From: Euglena gracilis
Lineage: Eukaryota
DNA: 64,000 nucleotides
Direction of reading: 5' to 3'
NCBI GenBank assembly: GCA_039621445.1
Contig: CP154954.1
Span: 20,074,642-20,138,641 of the forward strand
Part shown: piece after piece, positions 1-11,569 of the stretch
Numbering within the stretch: position 1 is the stretch's first letter
Layout: the number at the start of each line of letters is the position of its first letter
The notes under the pieces: model-generated
Told to the model about the DNA's origin: nothing
Database searches by the model: none
The model's input: the letters and a program-made list of their open reading frames with translations, nothing else
Translations under genes and position numbers: made by a program

Positions 1-2763
1 CCCTCAAACTCGACCGGTCAGGTTGAGTTCGCAACTTGACAGGGGGTCCCGCAGGACCCCCACCCCCTGTGCCTGGGCTCCATGGGGGGGGGTCGCTCTC
101 CCAACGCCCCGTTTTTGGCCTGAAACCCATGAACTTTGGGTTGTTTTAAGCCCATGTACCCCCTCCCTGGATTTGGAAAAAGCCCGTGGACCCCTACATA
201 GGAGGCTAGGCGCGCCGCTCGGGGGGTCCGGGACCCCCCCCTCCCCCCCCCCCGCGCGGCCCCTGCGCGGCCGCCCGCGCGGCGGCCCGCCCCCCCCCCC
301 CTGGACCCCCCCCCCTCCCCCCCTGTGCCTAGCATAGCCAAGAAAAAAAATGTTGGTGAAAAAATCGCGATTTTTTGAGGCCCAAAAATGACCAAAAATG
401 ACCATTTTCGGACACAAAATGGCAAATTTGGGGGCCGCGCGCTCTGCGCGGCCAAAAAAGCACTTTTTTGGTCAAAAATGGCCCAAAAATGGCAAAAAAT
501 GACCACTTTTTGGACCAGAAAATCACCGATTTACCGATGCGTTTCGCCCGCGCGCCCGCCGTCGACCCCCCCGCCCCCCGCCACCCCCCCGCGCGGCCGC
601 CCGCGCGGCCGCTCGCCCCCCCCCCAGCCCCCCCCCCCCCCCGCTGTGCCTAGCCTCCATAGGGCTCAGGACAAAGCCCGTGTTACCCCCCCCACCAATT
701 TTGATAGGGTCAAAAACAGCGAAAAAAACCGAAAACTTTTCTGTTGCCCAAAACGGATCTCTTAACATTTCAGGAATAACTGCAAGTTCCCGTAAATTGC
801 AGGTGCTTAATTTGTAAATCATAAATTATGCGAAATTTGCAATGCTCATCTTGGCCGTCCATTACATGCAACTCTCATAAAGAGCTCAGTACTTTTCAAA
901 ACCTGGTCAAATAGAGAGGGGGTGAGGGTAACAAAAATTTGATTAACCATGGTTAATTGTCCTCCACAAGCGAATAACCATTTTTCGATCAACCATCCTG
1001 CCTTTTTCTCCCCACTTCTTTTTCTGTGTTCCATCGAGCATGTCGGGACATTGCAGAAAAGCCTCCTCAAAAAAAAAAGGACACCAAGCCACTTGGTGGG
1101 GACGCGGGGGGGGGGGGCGGCGCGGGGGGGACGCGGGGGGGGGGGGCGGGGGGACGCGGGGGCTCAACCTCCCATGTCATGCGTGACTTGCATGATGTCA
1201 TTTTTTCCTACATTTTCAGACCCCAGTAAGAATTTGCCAGCCATTTTTTGGTCCAAAAACAGGTGCAGAACTTGCCACAAAATCTTTTGTGGTTTGCTTG
1301 ACTGCGACATTCCTATGATAGTGATTTTTTTATCATTTTTGGAAGCCCGAATTGGGTTCAGACTGGAGACGGGGGTCGTCTGAGGGGCGTCGCAGAAGGG
1401 GTGTCTATTTGGAGGTTCGGATGGGGCTTTTGATGAGGGGTGGGGGTGGGTTTGAAAAACTTGCCCCAATGACAAGGCCACACATGACCTTATTCTCGAA
1501 ATAATCGTCACCTCAGTGGTGTTGAGGTTGTGCTGGGACCACAACCACCCTGGCGACTGCGAAGTTTTGGATGTGAGACGAATGAATCGTCGATGTACTT
1601 TTGCTCCTCCGCCAAAGTTCCAGCCATGAATGAGCCGCATGCCATCATCATCCAATTCATCAAAAGGTGGCGATAGCGAAAGAGAAGCGGAATGCGAAGA
1701 ACTTGAAACAAGAATGAATGCAAAGGAAACCAAAAAGCACAAGCACATCACTGCTTCTGTGGGAAAAAAATTATGATGAACATGAGCGGATAGAACTGTT
1801 TTAACCAGACCGTGTCCAGGACAGGGATATGTCTGTATGAACATGAATGATGAATATGTGATGATGAAAAATTTGAACGGGCGTCGCGCAACACAAGTAA
1901 GCAACACCAAAATGCGGACCAGGTATTCCTAATTCATGGTTGTCACGTTGAACCCCACTGAGTCCGCAAGGGACGACGTGGAATGTATATTTCAAACTCG
2001 CCGGAGCACCATGTACATGAGCGTTGCACGCGGGTTATATATTTCGCACTTGGCCTTCTGCCACTTGGCGACTCAGAAGAAAGATTTTGGAATCAAAAAA
2101 GGTTGTCTGCCGACTCGAGCCGAGCCGTGCCGAACCGTGGTTTCAGGCGGCTTGCTGGACAGTGTGACCTTGACAAGGAGTGGGACGGCAATTGTTTTGT
2201 GAAACTGAATGAGGAATTTCGACTTTGCAGTCTCGACAACACACATCTGGGTCAGATTGCTCCTCAGATTGAGCCTCCCTCTGGGTTAAACAAACCTTAA
2301 CAGGCTTTTGATTGATACCCCTGACGATATGACTTGGTGAGGATGGTGGGCTTTTTTTTGGTGCCGACCCCGGGGCAGCAAAGCATAGCACCCCTGCCGA
2401 CCGCCCCCGGGGGGTGGGTTGGGCAGCCACCCCTGTCCAGCGACCTCTCCCATTTTCTTTACCCTTTTGGAAAGTGTAAAGAACCACCCGACCTTGGATA
2501 CCCTGGCCGGCACCCTTTAGCACCCCCTCCCCCTCACCCACCACCCGGCTGTTTGGCCGATTCCCGTTCTGCCCTGCTCCCCCCGGGGGGTGGCGCAGGA
2601 ATAACTTGCAAAAAATACGTGAAATCTGTGAAAATGCTGCGGTGGGTGGGTGGTGGGGTCGCCCCCCACCTCCCAGTGGGGGGGCAAGGAATCCCCTGGC
2701 GGGGCAATCATCCGGGTAATCCAGGAGGGGTGTGTCCCACTCTTACCGTGCTCACCCCCACAG

Positions 2764-2937
2764 GCCTCAACCCTGCTGCCCTCCCCACGATGATGCACCC
2801 CATCAGCCCCCTGCGCTTCATGCTGGGCGTGATGACCGTCGGCCCCCTCTCCTTCATGGGCCTCGTCTGCGGGCTGTACAACGCCGAGGAGGCGTACCAC
2901 ACCCCGGCCTGGCGCCAGAGCCGCCGCGTCGTGCACA
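2764..2937 (+). CDS. First coding exon of small unknown protein, paralogue 1 (MMHPISPLRFMLGVMTVGPLSFMGLVCGLYNAEEAYHTPAWRQSRRVVH; one hydrophobic segment)
   Basis: Very high GC3; preceded by ctcac...ccccacag acceptor; ATG at 2790; near-identical copy at 24089-24251; 3' boundary has no GT, GGGCAGG fits an N3-CAG donor. Confidence 0.7.
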
Positions 2938-2971
2938 GGGCAGGGTCCCCCTCTCGTGTGCTATCCCCAGT

Positions 2972-3323
2972 CAGGCAATTGCTTAAGCACTGTCCCCCCC
3001 CCCCGGGGGGGTGGGTGACTGGTTTTTTCAGAGTGACTGACTGGTTTTGGGCCCGGGCCCCCTCCCCCCCCCCCCCGGGGGGGTCGGCCAGGAGTGGGCA
3101 AAAGTGGCTTGAGTAACCCCGGCGCCGAAGGCGCCGGAAAATTTTTTTGGGCCTAAAATGGCCTAAAGTGACTGGAAAGTGGCCGTTTTTCTGAGTGGCC
3201 GACCTCCCCCCGGGGGGGGGGTAGTGACTGGCTGGTTTTTTGAAAATGAGTGGCTGACTTTTTTTAAAAAAGTGGAGTGACCCCCTCCCCCCCCCCCGGG
3301 GGTCGGTTGTAAGCAATTGTATG
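2972..3323. mobile_element. hAT-type MITE
   Basis: TIR caggcaattgctta / taagcaattgtatg; perfect 8-bp TSD tccccagt (2964-2971, 3324-3331); related pieces at about 15390-15680 and 28560-28980. Confidence 0.85.
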
Positions 3324-3332
3324 TCCCCAGTA

Positions 3333-3527
3333 CCACGCCCCCCCCATAATGTACCACCCCCCCCATATTGTCCCACCGACCTCTCCCCAGGAGGCCCGCC
3401 GGGACAATATGGGGGGGGGACAATATGGGGGTACCAAAGGAAATTTCATTGACCGAGCCAAAAAAACCCCTCGTCGGCCGGGCCGAGGGACAATATGGGG
3501 GGGGGACAATATGGGGGGGGGGGGTGG
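3333..3527. mobile_element. Tc1/pogo-type MITE with C-run/G-run ends
   Basis: Flanked by TA on both sides; subterminal ccccatattgtcc motifs; near-identical inverted copy at 15812-15985. Confidence 0.75.
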
Positions 3528-4005
3528 TACCCCATGACCCCCAAAAATTTTTGACCAAAAATCGGCAGCCAAAGGTGGCCAGAAGATTTTCGGACCAGGT
3601 AAAATTTGGCAGATCTTAGATTCTTGTTTGCCATCAGGCGGACACAGAAAAAATGGACAAAAAAAACGCCCGTACCCCCCCTCCTTTCGAGGTTCCAGGT
3701 TTTCTGTGGTGCTGAGCTCTTTACGTGTCTGATGGTGCCGTGCTCAGCAGAACTTTGAGGCTCGTGGCAGCCAGGGTTTATCTATATCTATATCTACATA
3801 CCCTCACCCCCCCCCCTCAAAGTGGCCACCCTCCAAACACCGTGGGACCCCAAAATTCTCTCTTTTTTCTTTCGTTGGACTTTGCCAAATTCCGACGATC
3901 GCGAGCGTATCTCTGGCTGTGTCGATCGTTGAATTGAATTGAAAGCTCTTATCATCAGACGACTGGTGATCACCACCAAATTCAGCCATGCTGCACAGTA
4001 CTCTA

Positions 4006-4171
4006 CCCCCCCCTTTATCCCCTTTATTGTTCCATCGACCTGCCCCCGGCGGACAATAAGGGGGGGCAATAAGGCCGTACCAAAGGAATTTCATTGGCGG
4101 GGCCAAAAAACCCCCCGTCATCCGGGGCCCAGGGACAATAAGGGGGGGGGGCAATAAGAGGGGGGGGGTGG
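4006..4171. mobile_element. Tc1/pogo-type MITE inserted in another repeat
   Basis: TA flanks; the host repeat copy at about 7420-7515 lacks the insertion (empty site). Confidence 0.75.
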
Positions 4172-4727
4172 TATTTCTTGTCACAGGCAAAAGCCTAATT
4201 TGACCCGGACCCGGAACGGAAGGTCGTCGATTTGAAGCGAAAACTTTCTGGGGGTGGTTCGGGACGCGGGGGGGGGGGGATTGTGGCCCAACCACCCCAC
4301 ACATTTTCTTGGGCATCACCCAAATTTGTATGGAGTATTCCTTTGGTCAACCAAAAAATGTGCCCGGCCAAAATCCGGGACGCGGGGGGGACGCGGGGGG
4401 AACACCCCCTCTGTATGGTTCATTCCAAGGTTGACGGCTTGTTTTTTTTTAATCTCTGGAGCATTCATTTTTTTTCTTTTTTTGGGTTAAAAACGTGTTC
4501 AGCCCGCCAAATGCCTGCCCTGAAATTTGTGGTCATGAACACGATTTCCATTAGGGCATCTGTGGCAATGACACTTAAGGCATCTGTGGCAATTAAAAAA
4601 ATCGCTGTCATGAAAATGGCGAGAGGTTGAGAGGCCGGGTGGTCCTCAAGGGGGGCACTCTACAACACAAGAAACGGCCAGAGGTTGCCTTTGAGCAATA
4701 CAACAGGGAGTGTTAGACGTAATGGAA

Positions 4728-4895
4728 GGCGACATACTTTACACAAAAAAAGAGCCATATTTTGGTGGCCACCGCAAATCTTGGCAATGAGAATGGTATG
4801 CCAAACTGCAGGCATCACACACCACTTTCCTCAGCTCCACACAATTTGGATTTTTGGGAATGGGAACCCCACAAAAACCACATTTGTCCTGTTTT
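4728..4895 (-). pseudogene. PHD-finger-like coding fragment (KCGFCG...VVCDACSLAYHSHC...GSF[fs]LCKVCR)
   Basis: C4HC3 spacing is completed if one base is removed from the A7 run at 4745-4751. Confidence 0.6.
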
Positions 4896-5115
4896 ATAGG
4901 CAGTCGGGACGCAGCAGAGGCAGAGGGGGTTGGTTGGGGGGGGGGATTGGCGCTCTGCAGAAGGCAACACAACTCCCTTTGTGGAATGCCCGAGCGATGG
5001 CATTCACGTATGTATGAAAACAGGTTGCCGAACGATTCCCTGAAACCAACATACTTGCCACACATTGTTCAATGCTCGCCTCATCGAACAACAGGCTGGG
5101 CTCCAGCTCCCATCC

Positions 5116-5410
5116 CATAGGCGGGGGGGCTCCGCCCCCCCTCCCCCCCCGCACCCCCCCCCTCAAATAACAAAATCCCTTCTGTGTTGGAACATACTCG
5201 GGGCCTAAGTCGTTTTTGTGGCTCACTTTGGCATAGGCGGGGGGGGGGGGGCTCCGCCCCCCCCGCACCCCCCCCCTCAATTAACAAAATCCCTTCTGTG
5301 TTGGCAACATACTCGGGGGCTAAGTCGTTTTTGTGGCTCACTTTGGCATAGGCGGGGGGGGGGGCTCCGCCCCCCCCCTCAAATAACAAAATCCCTTCTA
5401 TGTTGGCAAT
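5116..5410. repeat. Tandem repeat, about 116-bp unit x 2.5
   Basis: cataggcggggg...aaatcccttctgtgttgg...gctcactttgg restarts at 5116, 5232 and 5348. Confidence 0.9.
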
Positions 5411-6544
5411 AGTCTTGGAGGGATAAGACCCTTTTTTTGTGCAAATTTTGACTTACCATCCCCCCCCCATTATGTACCTCCCCCCGGGAGGCCGAAATTG
5501 GGGGGGAGGTACACAATGGGGGGGGTACCCAGGTCCCATTCCCAGACCCGACCGAACAGCCCAAAAGGGGTCATTTTTGGCAACTTTTTGGATGTTTGCA
5601 ATAAATGGTCAATTTTCAGCACATTTGCCAAATATCACTTTTTGAAAACGTCCCAAAAACGTCGATTTTTGAGCATTTTTTGGGAAATTCTTTAGAAAAA
5701 GTGTTATGACAGTGAGCTACCATCCCCCCCCCATTATGTACCTCCCCCCCAGGGGGTACATGATGGGGGGGTACATAATGGGGGGGGATGGTATATTGAA
5801 AATTCAATGGGGTGTCAAAAGTGGCCCAAAATGGACATTTTCCCCCAATTTTTTTTGCATATTCACCCCCGATTGGGGGGTTCTGGAGCCATTTGGGTGG
5901 GTTTTGACTGGTGTTGAGGTGATTTAGACAAAAAAATTCCCAGGGGGGGGTTAAAAGTCGGCGGTTTTGACCCGTTAGTACATTAGAGTGGGTAGTCGGC
6001 CGACTAGTCGGCCGACTACCCAATTGGTCCGCCGGCTAGTCGGCCGACTACCCACTACCCCCCCCCCAGTCTACCGTTTGGCACTAAGTCTCTCTCTCTC
6101 TCTCTATACATACATACACACATACCATGCCCCCCCCATATTGTACCCCCCCCATAATGTACCCCCATGGGGTACCCCCCCACCATGGACCATGACCTTG
6201 GCCTCCCCCCATATTGTACCCCCCCCCATAATGTACCTCCCCCCCAGAAAATGGCTCCCAGGGGGGGGTACAATATGGGGGGGGGCATGGTACATATATG
6301 TATGTATATGTGCATATATATAAACATATACTCTCACCCCCAAAGTGTCCCCCCTAAGGCTGCCTTGAATATTCTATTTCGGGCCTTCGAACGAATATAC
6401 AGAATATTCGGGGGGTCTTCAAATCGGCCGAGAAATTGGTGATGGACTTTTTGGTGGTTGGTCGCTAGGGTCGCCAGCGACCATTGGTGGTCGGAGCGAC
6501 TGGTCGCTCCGACCACCAATTTTAAGTCCACCCCCCACTAAAAA

Positions 6545-7060
6545 ATTTTTAAGCCCCCCCCTCCAAAATTTTTTTCATTCAAATTTGAAAGAAAATGACT
6601 CAAAACCCACCCAAATGCCTTCCAAAACCTCCATTCGGGGGTCAATTTGCAAAAAAAATTGGGTAATATCTTCTCTTTGGGCCTGTTCTGTGAAACCATA
6701 GCATTAACCATAGCCCGGGAGGAGGCCGAAGGCCGACTAAGTTCATTAGGGAGCGCGACTCGGCCATCCTTGCCTGCACACACAAGACTACATTCATTTA
6801 CGAAGCGCGACTCGGCCATCCTTGCCTTGCACACACAAGGGGATTTTGTTATTTTGGGCGGGGGGTCCGGGGGGGGGGCGGCAGTAGGCCGACTAAGTTC
6901 GCGTATCGGGGTGCATTAGGGATCGCGACTCGGCCATCCTTGCCTTGCACACACTGCAAATTAACCCCCAAATGGGGGTTTTGGAAGGCATTTGGGTGGG
7001 TTTTGAGTCATTTTCTTTCGTATTTGAATGAAAAAAAAATGGAGGGGGGGCTTAAAAAAA
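6545..7060. repeat. Inverted repeat, about 110-bp arms around a 300-bp spacer that has three gcgactcggccatccttgcc copies
   Basis: About 6545-6652 is the reverse complement of about 6955-7060. Confidence 0.75.
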
Positions 7061-8111
7061 AACCAAAAAAGCCAAAAAACCCCCCGTCGGCCGGGGCCGA
7101 GGGACAATATGGGGGGGGGGGGGTAAGGTGGGTATCCAATTTTGGTGAATGTTCTGGAAAAGATCTTTCGATCGAGGGTAACTTGGTGCCTCAACAATGC
7201 ACACCTCAGAGATACGCTCGCGATTGTCGGATCGGACAGAATCAGATTCGAAACTTGTGGTGATTTTCTGTTCTGTTTGGTTTAGGAAGCAGAATGAACC
7301 AGGGTTGGCGTTTTTTTTGTTTTTTTTTATTCAAAAAAACGCCCCAAAAAACATGTTTTTTTTGAAAAAGCAAAAATTGACAATTTTCCGTAATCGCTCA
7401 GGAACAAACTCACCCCTCAATTGAAAGCTCTTTTCCTCAGACGACTAGCGATGACAACCAAATTCAGCCATGCTGCACAGTATTTGTTTCCTGTCACTGG
7501 GAAATCCTAATTTCTAAAACAAACACCAGAAATCACCGCAAACTTGAGCTCTGATTTTGGCCGAGCGAGCGTATCTCTGGGTGCGCGCACCGTTGGGATA
7601 CACTGCGTCTCAAGGTTATTCACGTGGCACCGTTTCAAGGTTTTTCATGTGGGTTAAAAAATGAAAAATTATGTTTCTGTGAGATGACGTCCAAATGACA
7701 GGCAAAGCAGCACATAGGGTGACAAATATCGCTTGGCACACTCCCCTGGTGCCTCTTATGTTGGGCCCCGGGCGGAATATTGGCCATGCTACTTCTGGAG
7801 GTCGGGCCGACCTAGGTCGGCCCGACCTATGGTCGGCCCGACCATGGTCGGGCCGACCATGGTGTTATCGACCTCTGGAGGTCGGGCCGACCTAGGTCGG
7901 CCCGACCTCCACTGTGCCGCATTCCCCCCCCCCCTTTTTTGAAATTTAAGCCCCCCCCCCCTGGTCGGGCCGACCTAGGTCGGCCCGACCTCCAATAATC
8001 CGCATTACCCCCCCCCCCTTTTTTGAAATTTAAGCCCCCCCCCCCCCGCCAAATTCCTCTCAATTTGGTTTGCAAACTGCCAAAATGTCAAGGTTGGGGA
8101 TGGAAAAGGGA

Positions 8112-8382
8112 TGGTTAGGGGTTAGGGATAGGGTTAGGGTTCGGGATAGGTTAGGGTTCGGGATAGGGATCGGTAAGGTTGGGTTTGGATTAGGGTTAGG
8201 TTAGGTTAGGGTTAGGTTTAGGGATAGGGTTAGAGTTGGGGATGTTGACGACAGTGTCAGGGTTGGGGTTAGGGTTGGGGATAGGGTTAGGGTTCAGAAT
8301 GGGGACAGGGTCATTGATAGGGTTAGGGTTTGCATTAGGGTTAGGGTCAGGGACATGGTTCGGGATACGGTTAGGGATGGGG
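8112..8382 (+). repeat. Degenerate interstitial telomere-like repeat (TTAGGG/ATAGGG/TTCGGG)
   Basis: Hexamer-periodic GGG repeats with many exact TTAGGG. Confidence 0.8.
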
Positions 8383-10290
8383 TTGCACCCGAGAAGGGGT
8401 TGGCAGATAAAAGGGTTTATTTTGTTAATGAAAGGGGCAGGGTTAGGTCGACTTGCACCCGAGAAGGGGTTGGCGGATAAAAGGGGTTTATTTTGTTAAT
8501 GAAAGGGATAGGGTTAGGTCGACTTGCACCCGAGAAGGGGTTGCCAGATAAAAAGGGTTGGCAGATAAAAAGGGGTTTATTTTGTTAATGAAAGGGGCAG
8601 GGTTAGGTCGACTTGCACCCGAGAAGGGGTTGGCGGATAAAAGGGGTTTATTTTGTTAATGAAAGGGATAGGGTTAGGTCGACTTGCACCCGAGAAGGGG
8701 TTGGCGGATAAAAGGGGTTTATTTTGTTAATGAAAGGGATAGGGTTAGGTCGACTTGCACCCGAGAAGGGGTTGCCAGATAAAAAGGGTTGGCAGATAAA
8801 AGGGGTTTATTTTGTTAATGAAAGGGATAGGGTTAGGTCGACTTGCACCCGAGAAGGGGTTGGCGGATAAAAGGGGTTTATTTTGTTAATGAAAGGGATA
8901 GGGTTAGGTCGACTTGCACCCGAGAAGGGGTTGGCGGATAAAAGGGGTTTATTTTGTTAATGAAAGGGATAGGGTTAGGTCGACTTGCACCCGAGAAGGG
9001 GTTGCCAGATAAAAAGGGTTGCCAGATAAAAGGGGTTTATTTTGTTAATGAAAGGGATAGGGTTAGGTCGACTTGCACCCGAGAAGGGGTTGGCAGATAA
9101 AAGGGGTTTATTTTGTTAATGAAAGGGATAGGGTTAGGTCGACTTGCACCCGAGAAGGGGTTGCCAGATAAAAAGGGTTGGCAGATAAAAGGGGTTTATT
9201 TTGTTAATGAAAGGGATAGGGTTAGGTCGACTTGCACCCGAGAAGGGGTTGGCGGATAAAAGGGGTTTATTTTGTTAATGAAAGGGATAGGGTTAGGTCG
9301 ACTTGCACCCGAGAAGGGGTTGGCAGATAAAAGGGGTTTATTTTGTTAATGAAAGGGATAGGGTTAGGTCGACTTGCACCCGAGAAGGGGTTGGCGGATA
9401 AAAGGGGTTGGTTGTGTTAATGAAAGGGATAGGGTTAGGTCGACTTGCACCCGAGAAGGGGTTGGCAGATAAAAAGGGTTGGCAGATAAAAGGGGTTTAT
9501 TTTGTTAATGAAAGGGATAGGGTTAGGTCGACCTGCACCCGAGAAGGGGTTGGCGGATAAAAGGGGTTTATTTTGTTAATGAAAGGGATAGGGTTAGGTC
9601 GACTTGCACCCGAGAAGGGGTTGCCAGATAAAAAGGGTTGGCAGATAAAAGGGGTTTATTTTGTTAAAGGGGTTTATTTTGTTAATGAAAGGGATAGGGT
9701 TAGGTCGACTTGCACCCGAGAAGGGGTTGCCAGATAAAAAGGGTTGGCAGATAAAAGGGGTTTATTTTGTTAATGAAAGGGATAGGGTTAGGTCGACTTG
9801 CACCCGAGAAGGGGTTGGCGGATAAAAGGGGTTTATTTTGTTAATGAAAGGGATAGGGTTAGGTCGACTTGCACCCGAGAAGGGGTTGGCAAATAAAAAG
9901 GGTTGGCAGATAAAAGGGGTTTATTTTGTTAATGAAAGGGATAGGGTTAGGTCGACCTGCACCCGAGAAGGGGTTGGCGGATAAAAGGGGTTATTTTGTT
10001 AATGAAAGGGATAGGGTTAGGTCGACTTGCACCCGAGAAGGGGTTGGCGGATAAAAGGGGTTTATTTTGTTAATGAAAGGGATAGGGTTAGGTCGACTTG
10101 CACCCGAGAGGGGGTTGCCAGATAAAAAGGGTTGGCAGATAAAAGGGGTTTATTGTGTTAATGAAAGGGATAGGGTTAGGTCGACTTGCACCCGAGAAGG
10201 GGTTGGCAGATAAAAGGGGTTTATTTTGTTAATGAAAGGGATAGGGTTAGGTCGACTTGAAATGGGGTTGGCGGATAAAAGGGGTTTATT
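8383..10290 (+). repeat. Minisatellite with 71-bp and about 88-bp units, about 24 copies
   Basis: Unit aggtcgacttgcacccgagaaggggttggcggataaaaggggtttattttgttaatgaaagggatagggtt; long variant has an extra 17-bp internal duplication. Confidence 0.95.
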
Positions 10291-10637
10291 TAGGGTTGGA
10301 ATTATGGTTTGGGGTTGGCCATGGAACTGATTTGGCCTTTCACCCCCTTTTTTTTCAATATGGGACATTTTCTGACGTTTTTAGGGACATTTTGATGTGT
10401 TTCCTTGCATTTTACATTGAATTAAGAGAATTAAATTTTTGAGGGGGGGGGGCTTAAAAATTAAAAATGGGGGGGGGTAATGCGGATTATTGGAGGTCGG
10501 GCCGACCTGGTCGGCCCGACCTCCAGAGGTCGATAAGCCATGGCCAAAGGTCGGCCCGACCTAGGTCGGCCCGACCTAGGTCGGCCCGACCTCCAGAACT
10601 AGCATGGCCAGTAATCCGCACGGAGCCCTTATGTTGT

Positions 10638-11031
10638 TTAATAGCGGGTGTGCAGGCGCTTGGCCGCCTGCACAGCCGTCAAACGACGGACCATGCTGCC
10701 ATACAAATTTGGGATCAGGGTAGGAGGGGCCTGGGACCACTCCCGTTGGAGAGCTGTCCACAGCTCATCACAGGACGAAAAGCGCTTCCCAACAAGGCGG
10801 AAAGCTCCTTCGCCCTGGCACGGGTCCCCTCTTCGATTCGTTCACATCCCCACTCTGATCGTAACCCTTCAGAATATAACGGACCGTCGCCTCGTTCACG
10901 TTCCGGCCCAGCCTCTCCCCAACCGCCCTGGCTATTGCTGTGGCAAACGGTCGCGGGACAAGTGCGGCATACGCCAGCACCTCTGCCCGGACACGCCGCC
11001 TGAGCTCACCGGAAGCGTGAGATCTGGTCAT
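10638..11031 (-). pseudogene. Tc1/IS630-family transposase remnant: N-terminal HTH joined out of frame to the C-terminus, DDE core deleted
   Basis: MTRSHASGELRRRVRAEVLAY...AIARAVGERLGRNVNEATVRYILKGYDQSGDV, then from about 10800 in another frame RLVGKRFSSCDELWTALQREWSQAPPTLIPNLYGSMVRRLTAVQAAKRLHTRY*, a typical Tc1 C-terminus. Confidence 0.85.
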
Positions 11032-11569
11032 TGTGCGACTGGGGAAGGAACAGGAATCACAAGACACGAAATATAAGTATTTTGGGACTGCAGCTTCCTG
11101 CCAACGGAAAGTGACCGCCACAATTTTTTTCATTTTTTTTTTCATTTTTAACGCACGTGAAAAACCTCGAAACGGTGGTGAATAACCTTGAGACGTAGTG
11201 TACCAAGTTACCCCTCGATCGAAAGCTCTTTCCAACAGACGGCCAGCAGTGGTCATAAGATTTTCCCACAATGCACAGTACTCTTATTCCAAAACAGCAC
11301 CAAGTTTGACCAAAATTGGATACTCCCCCCAGTGGTCCCCAAATGCCAAAATTTCATTGCGGTTAAAACAGTCATATCAGGACCTCTACGACCAATTTGG
11401 GTCATTTTTGGGCACTTTTAACAACATTTTTAGTGATCACAGAACTGGCGTTAGGGATGCCGGGTTTTGGACAGAACTGGTGTTCCTAAAACACCGTGGG
11501 TGGGAACGCCAGTTCTGTCGTGAACCCGGTGTCTCAAACACCGGTTTAGTGCAGATTTGGAGTGAAACG

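Larger units (their letters stand above)
7764..10627. mobile_element. Non-autonomous TIR element with 9-bp TSD (Mutator- or Merlin-like, unresolved)
   Basis: TSD cttatgttg at 7755-7763 and 10628-10636; long imperfect TIRs (about 7764-8045 and 10440-10627) built from ggtcgggccgacc palindromes. Confidence 0.85.
7601..11200 (-). mobile_element. Internally deleted Tc1-like transposon carrying a nested 2.9-kb element
   Basis: TA|cactgcgtctcaaggttattcac ... gtgaataaccttgagacgtagtg|TA TIRs with TA TSD; transposase remnant inside. Confidence 0.9.

Noticed and set aside
1164-1910. 248-aa minus-strand ORF
   Set aside because: No recognisable domain, runs through repeat sequence, looks like an antisense shadow
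8112-8382. True chromosome end
   Set aside because: Degenerate, internal, and enclosed by TIRs and a TSD
8383-10290. CRISPR array
   Set aside because: Units are contiguous tandem copies with no unique spacers; eukaryotic context and no cas-like ORF
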